Made by a program: the position numbers and the translations under genes. From IMG/VR virus record IMGVR_UViG_3300048670_000777, positions 1-39,717 of that record: a DNA stretch of 39,717 nt; one strand, 5' to 3'. Position 1 is the stretch's first letter. Each line of letters opens with the position of its first letter. Below, in pieces: positions 36,660-39,717 of the stretch. Under the pieces are notes generated by a model that worked only from the letters and a program-made list of their open reading frames with translations, was not told the DNA's origin and did not search any database. The stretch comes from a virus. Its lineage: Duplodnaviria; Caudoviricetes.

Positions 36660-39255
36660 TTTTTATACAAGCGTATTGATCAGGGGAGATTATATCTATT
36701 ATCGTGGATATAAAGACAATGATCGATTTACATCTAAAATTCCTTATAGACCAAAAATTTATTTGTTATCGCAAAATAGTGATGCAAAATGGAAAACTTT
36801 AGATGGACGAGCAGTAGAAGAATTTTATGCAGGCTCTATTAAAGATACCAAAGAATTTATAGAAGAACATTCTGATATTTCTAATTTTGAAGTATTTGGA
36901 AATACGGATTTTCAATATCAATATATTTCTGAAGAGTTTCCTGGAGAAATAAATTATAATCCTTCTCTATTAAATGTTTGTTATTTAGATATTGAAACAG
37001 AATGTGAAGACGGATTTCCATCTATCGAATATGCTGATCAAAGAATTAATTTGATTACATTTAGAGTTTCTTCTAAAAAAGAAAAAAACAAATTTGTAAC
37101 ATATAGTTTTTGTTTACATGATAAGCATGATATTTTAAATAAAATATCACCTGAGCATATTGTATTTCAGTTTAATCATGAATTTGAACTGCTTGAACAA
37201 TTTGTTCAATCTTGGCAGCATATCATGCCAGATGTCATTACTGGATGGAATGTTCAATTCTTCGATATTCCTTATCTAATTCATAGGATTAATAGAATTC
37301 TTGGAGATAAAACCTCAAATAAACTGTCTCCGTGGGGAATTATTAGAGATAGAAAAGTATTTGTAAAAAATACAAACAAAGAACAAATTGCATATGAATT
37401 ATTTGGAATCTCTACATTAGACTATCTTGATCTTTACAAAAAATTTACATTTGTAAATCGTGAATCCTATAGTCTAAATCATATTTGTTCCGTTGAACTG
37501 GGAGAACAAAAAGCAAAATTTGAAGGATTCAATAGTCTTCAGGATTTATATAAAAAAGACTTTCAAAAATTTCTTGAATATAATTATAAGGATGTTCATT
37601 TAGTTGTTAATCTTGAGACAAAATTAAGATTATTAGAACTTGCTATCGCTTTAGCATATTCTGCTAAAGTTAATTTTTCTGATGTATTTTCTCAAGTAAG
37701 AACTTGGGATGCAATCATTTATAATTATTTGAATGAAAAGAAGATAGTAGTACCAAGAAAAACAGAACAAGATAAAGAAGATCAGTTTTCTGGTGCTTAT
37801 GTAAAAGAGCCTCAAATCGGCATGCACGATTGGATTGTTTCTTTTGATTTAAATAGCCTATATCCGCATCTTATTATGCAATATAATATTTCTCCTGAAA
37901 TGAAATATCCAGATAGAACAAAAAGAAGTAATATAAAAGTTGAACATATCATAGATCCTGAATCAGAAGAGGCAAAAAGACAATTTATACAATTAAAGGA
38001 TCAGCAGAGTTTTGCAAAACCATTAAATCTAGCAATTGCTGCAAATGGTGTATTTTTTTATAAAAATCGCCAAGGATTTTTGCCTGCTCTCATGGAGAAA
38101 ATGTATGAAGAGCGCAAATTGTATAAAGAAAAAATGATTGAAGTTAAGAAGAAATTAAAAGAGGCAGGAAATAATTTTTCTATTGCAGAGAAAAAAGAAT
38201 TAGAATATGAAATTTCTAAATATCACAATTTTCAATTGGTAAGAAAGATTCAATTAAATTCTGCTTTTGGTGCTATCGGAAATCAATATTTTAGATATTT
38301 TGATATCGATCTTGCAGAGGCAATTACTTTGTCTGGTCAACTTTCAATTAAATGGATTGAAAATAAAATTAATAAATTTTTAAATGAAAAACTTGAAACA
38401 GACAATATTGATTATATTATTGCTTCTGATACAGATTCTCTTTATATCTGTTTAGAGAAACTAGTAAACAAATATTTTAAAGATACTTCTGATAAAGAAA
38501 AGATTGTTAAGTTTCTCAATAAAGTATCAAATGAAATGCTTCAGCCATTTATTGATTCGTCATTTGATGAATTATCAAAGACTATGAATTCTTATGGACA
38601 AAAGATGAGCATGAAAAGAGAATCCATAGCCAGTAAGGGGATCTGGACTGCCAAGAAAAAGTATATGTTAAATGTTCTTATGGGCGAAGAAGGCATATAT
38701 CTAAAGCAACCAGAATTAAAGGTAATGGGAGTTGAGATGGTAAAATCTTCAACACCACAAGTTTCCAGAGATGCTTTGAAGAAGAGTATTGATTTGATAA
38801 TGAATCATACCAAAAAAGATTTGAAATTATTTGTAAGTGAGTTTAAAAAAGATTTTAAATCGTTTCTTCCAGAAGATATTGCATTCCCAAGAAGTTGTAA
38901 TCATTTAGCAGAATATACAGATGCTGCTAATATTTTTAAAAAATCCACTCCAATTGCTGTCAGAGGTTCTTTGCTTTATAATCATTATATTATTAAAAAG
39001 AAGCTCCAAAAGAAATATCCAATTATTAAAGATGGTGAAAAAATTAAATATTTGTATTTGAAAAAACCCAATATAATTGGCGAACATGTTATTGCATTTC
39101 CAAATGTTTTGCCTAAAGAATTTGAATTAGCTGATTATATTGACTATAATATTCAATATGAAAAAACATTCTTGGATCCACTGCAATTAATCCTAGATAC
39201 GATAGGCTGGAAATTAGTAGAAAAAGTAACACTATTTGATGAGGAGGAAGTATGA
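36652..39255 (+). CDS. gp43: Family B DNA polymerase
   Basis: Exonuclease DIETE, GWNVQFFD, YNYKD; polymerase SFDLNSLYP, KIQLNSAFG, SDTDS, KKKY. Confidence 0.98.
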   Translation: MHNFYTSVLIRGDYIYYRGYKDNDRFTSKIPYRPKIYLLSQNSDAKWKTLDGRAVEEFYAGSIKDTKEFIEEHSDISNFEVFGNTDFQYQYISEEFPGEINYNPSLLNVCYLDIETECEDGFPSIEYADQRINLITFRVSSKKEKNKFVTYSFCLHDKHDILNKISPEHIVFQFNHEFELLEQFVQSWQHIMPDVITGWNVQFFDIPYLIHRINRILGDKTSNKLSPWGIIRDRKVFVKNTNKEQIAYELFGISTLDYLDLYKKFTFVNRESYSLNHICSVELGEQKAKFEGFNSLQDLYKKDFQKFLEYNYKDVHLVVNLETKLRLLELAIALAYSAKVNFSDVFSQVRTWDAIIYNYLNEKKIVVPRKTEQDKEDQFSGAYVKEPQIGMHDWIVSFDLNSLYPHLIMQYNISPEMKYPDRTKRSNIKVEHIIDPESEEAKRQFIQLKDQQSFAKPLNLAIAANGVFFYKNRQGFLPALMEKMYEERKLYKEKMIEVKKKLKEAGNNFSIAEKKELEYEISKYHNFQLVRKIQLNSAFGAIGNQYFRYFDIDLAEAITLSGQLSIKWIENKINKFLNEKLETDNIDYIIASDTDSLYICLEKLVNKYFKDTSDKEKIVKFLNKVSNEMLQPFIDSSFDELSKTMNSYGQKMSMKRESIASKGIWTAKKKYMLNVLMGEEGIYLKQPELKVMGVEMVKSSTPQVSRDALKKSIDLIMNHTKKDLKLFVSEFKKDFKSFLPEDIAFPRSCNHLAEYTDAANIFKKSTPIAVRGSLLYNHYIIKKKLQKKYPIIKDGEKIKYLYLKKPNIIGEHVIAFPNVLPKEFELADYIDYNIQYEKTFLDPLQLILDTIGWKLVEKVTLFDEEEV

Positions 39256-39717
39256 GTTTTCTTAATGATTTAATTAAAAGTTCAGGTAATGAGTTTGCAA
39301 GTATAGTTGAAGATGGTCTAGAAGGTGCAGATATCAATGGATTTATTGATACTGGTAGTTATTCACTAAATGCTCTTCTATCTGGTAGCATGTATGGTGG
39401 TCTACCAAATAATAAAATAGTATGTTTTGCTGGCGAAGCAGCAACTGGTAAAACTTATTTTACAATTGGTATTGTGAGTAAGTTTTTAGATAGTAATCCA
39501 GAAGGCGTGGTTCTTTACTTTGATTCAGAGCAAGCTGTAACTTCTGATATGTTTAGAAGTCGCGGTGTAGATCCCAAAAGAGTTGCAGTATTTCCGGTGG
39601 CAACAATCGAAGAGTTCCGCCAACAAGCAATCACAATTGTTGATAAGGTTCTAGAGAAGCCAGAGTCAGATAGAAAGCCTATGATGATTGTTCTTGATTC
39701 TCTTGGTATGTTATCGA
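39252..39717 (+). CDS. uvsX: RecA-like recombinase UvsX, 3'-truncated
   Basis: MSFLNDLIKSSGNEFA...DTGSYSLNALLSG...GEAATGKT (Walker A)...YFDSE...VLDSLGML; open to the window end. Confidence 0.95.
   Translation, partial: MSFLNDLIKSSGNEFASIVEDGLEGADINGFIDTGSYSLNALLSGSMYGGLPNNKIVCFAGEAATGKTYFTIGIVSKFLDSNPEGVVLYFDSEQAVTSDMFRSRGVDPKRVAVFPVATIEEFRQQAITIVDKVLEKPESDRKPMMIVLDSLGMLS

Noticed and set aside
36652-39255. Intein, intron or split in gp43 (also checked uvsW and gp46)
   Set aside because: Lengths and motif spacing are normal, with no homing-endonuclease or splice-junction motifs seen.
1-39717. Stop-codon reassignment, tRNA genes, integrase or transposase
   Set aside because: Core genes are full length in the standard code, gaps are too short and show no cloverleaf, and no recombinase or transposase motifs were recognised.

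Overview
AT-rich (roughly 30% GC by eye) fragment of a T4-like myovirus genome with a cyanophage/freshwater-T4 gene order. All credible genes are on the + strand. Order: two large Cys-rich, poly-Ser proteins; head module (two gp67-like core proteins, gp21 protease, gp22 scaffold, gp23 capsid); gp3, uvsY, uvsW; gp55 late sigma, gp47, denV-like glycosylase, a displaced gp68-like protein, gp46; RNase H cluster; gp45, gp44, gp62, regA; a ~12.8 kb fibre cassette; dUTPase, a DxD glycosyltransferase-like protein and an Nmad1-like protein; gp43 polymerase; truncated uvsX. The most striking feature is the fibre cassette. Three fibre proteins start with a T4 gp37-like N-terminal 'socket' (IKR...GELA), and four proteins end in a gp36-like C-terminal 'plug' ([IL]-D-x-[GS]-[ST]-[YF]-stop). 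This suggests a daisy-chained, possibly interchangeable multi-segment fibre plus a small plug-only decoy or chaperone. Family calls come from motif recognition and memory, not from database searches.
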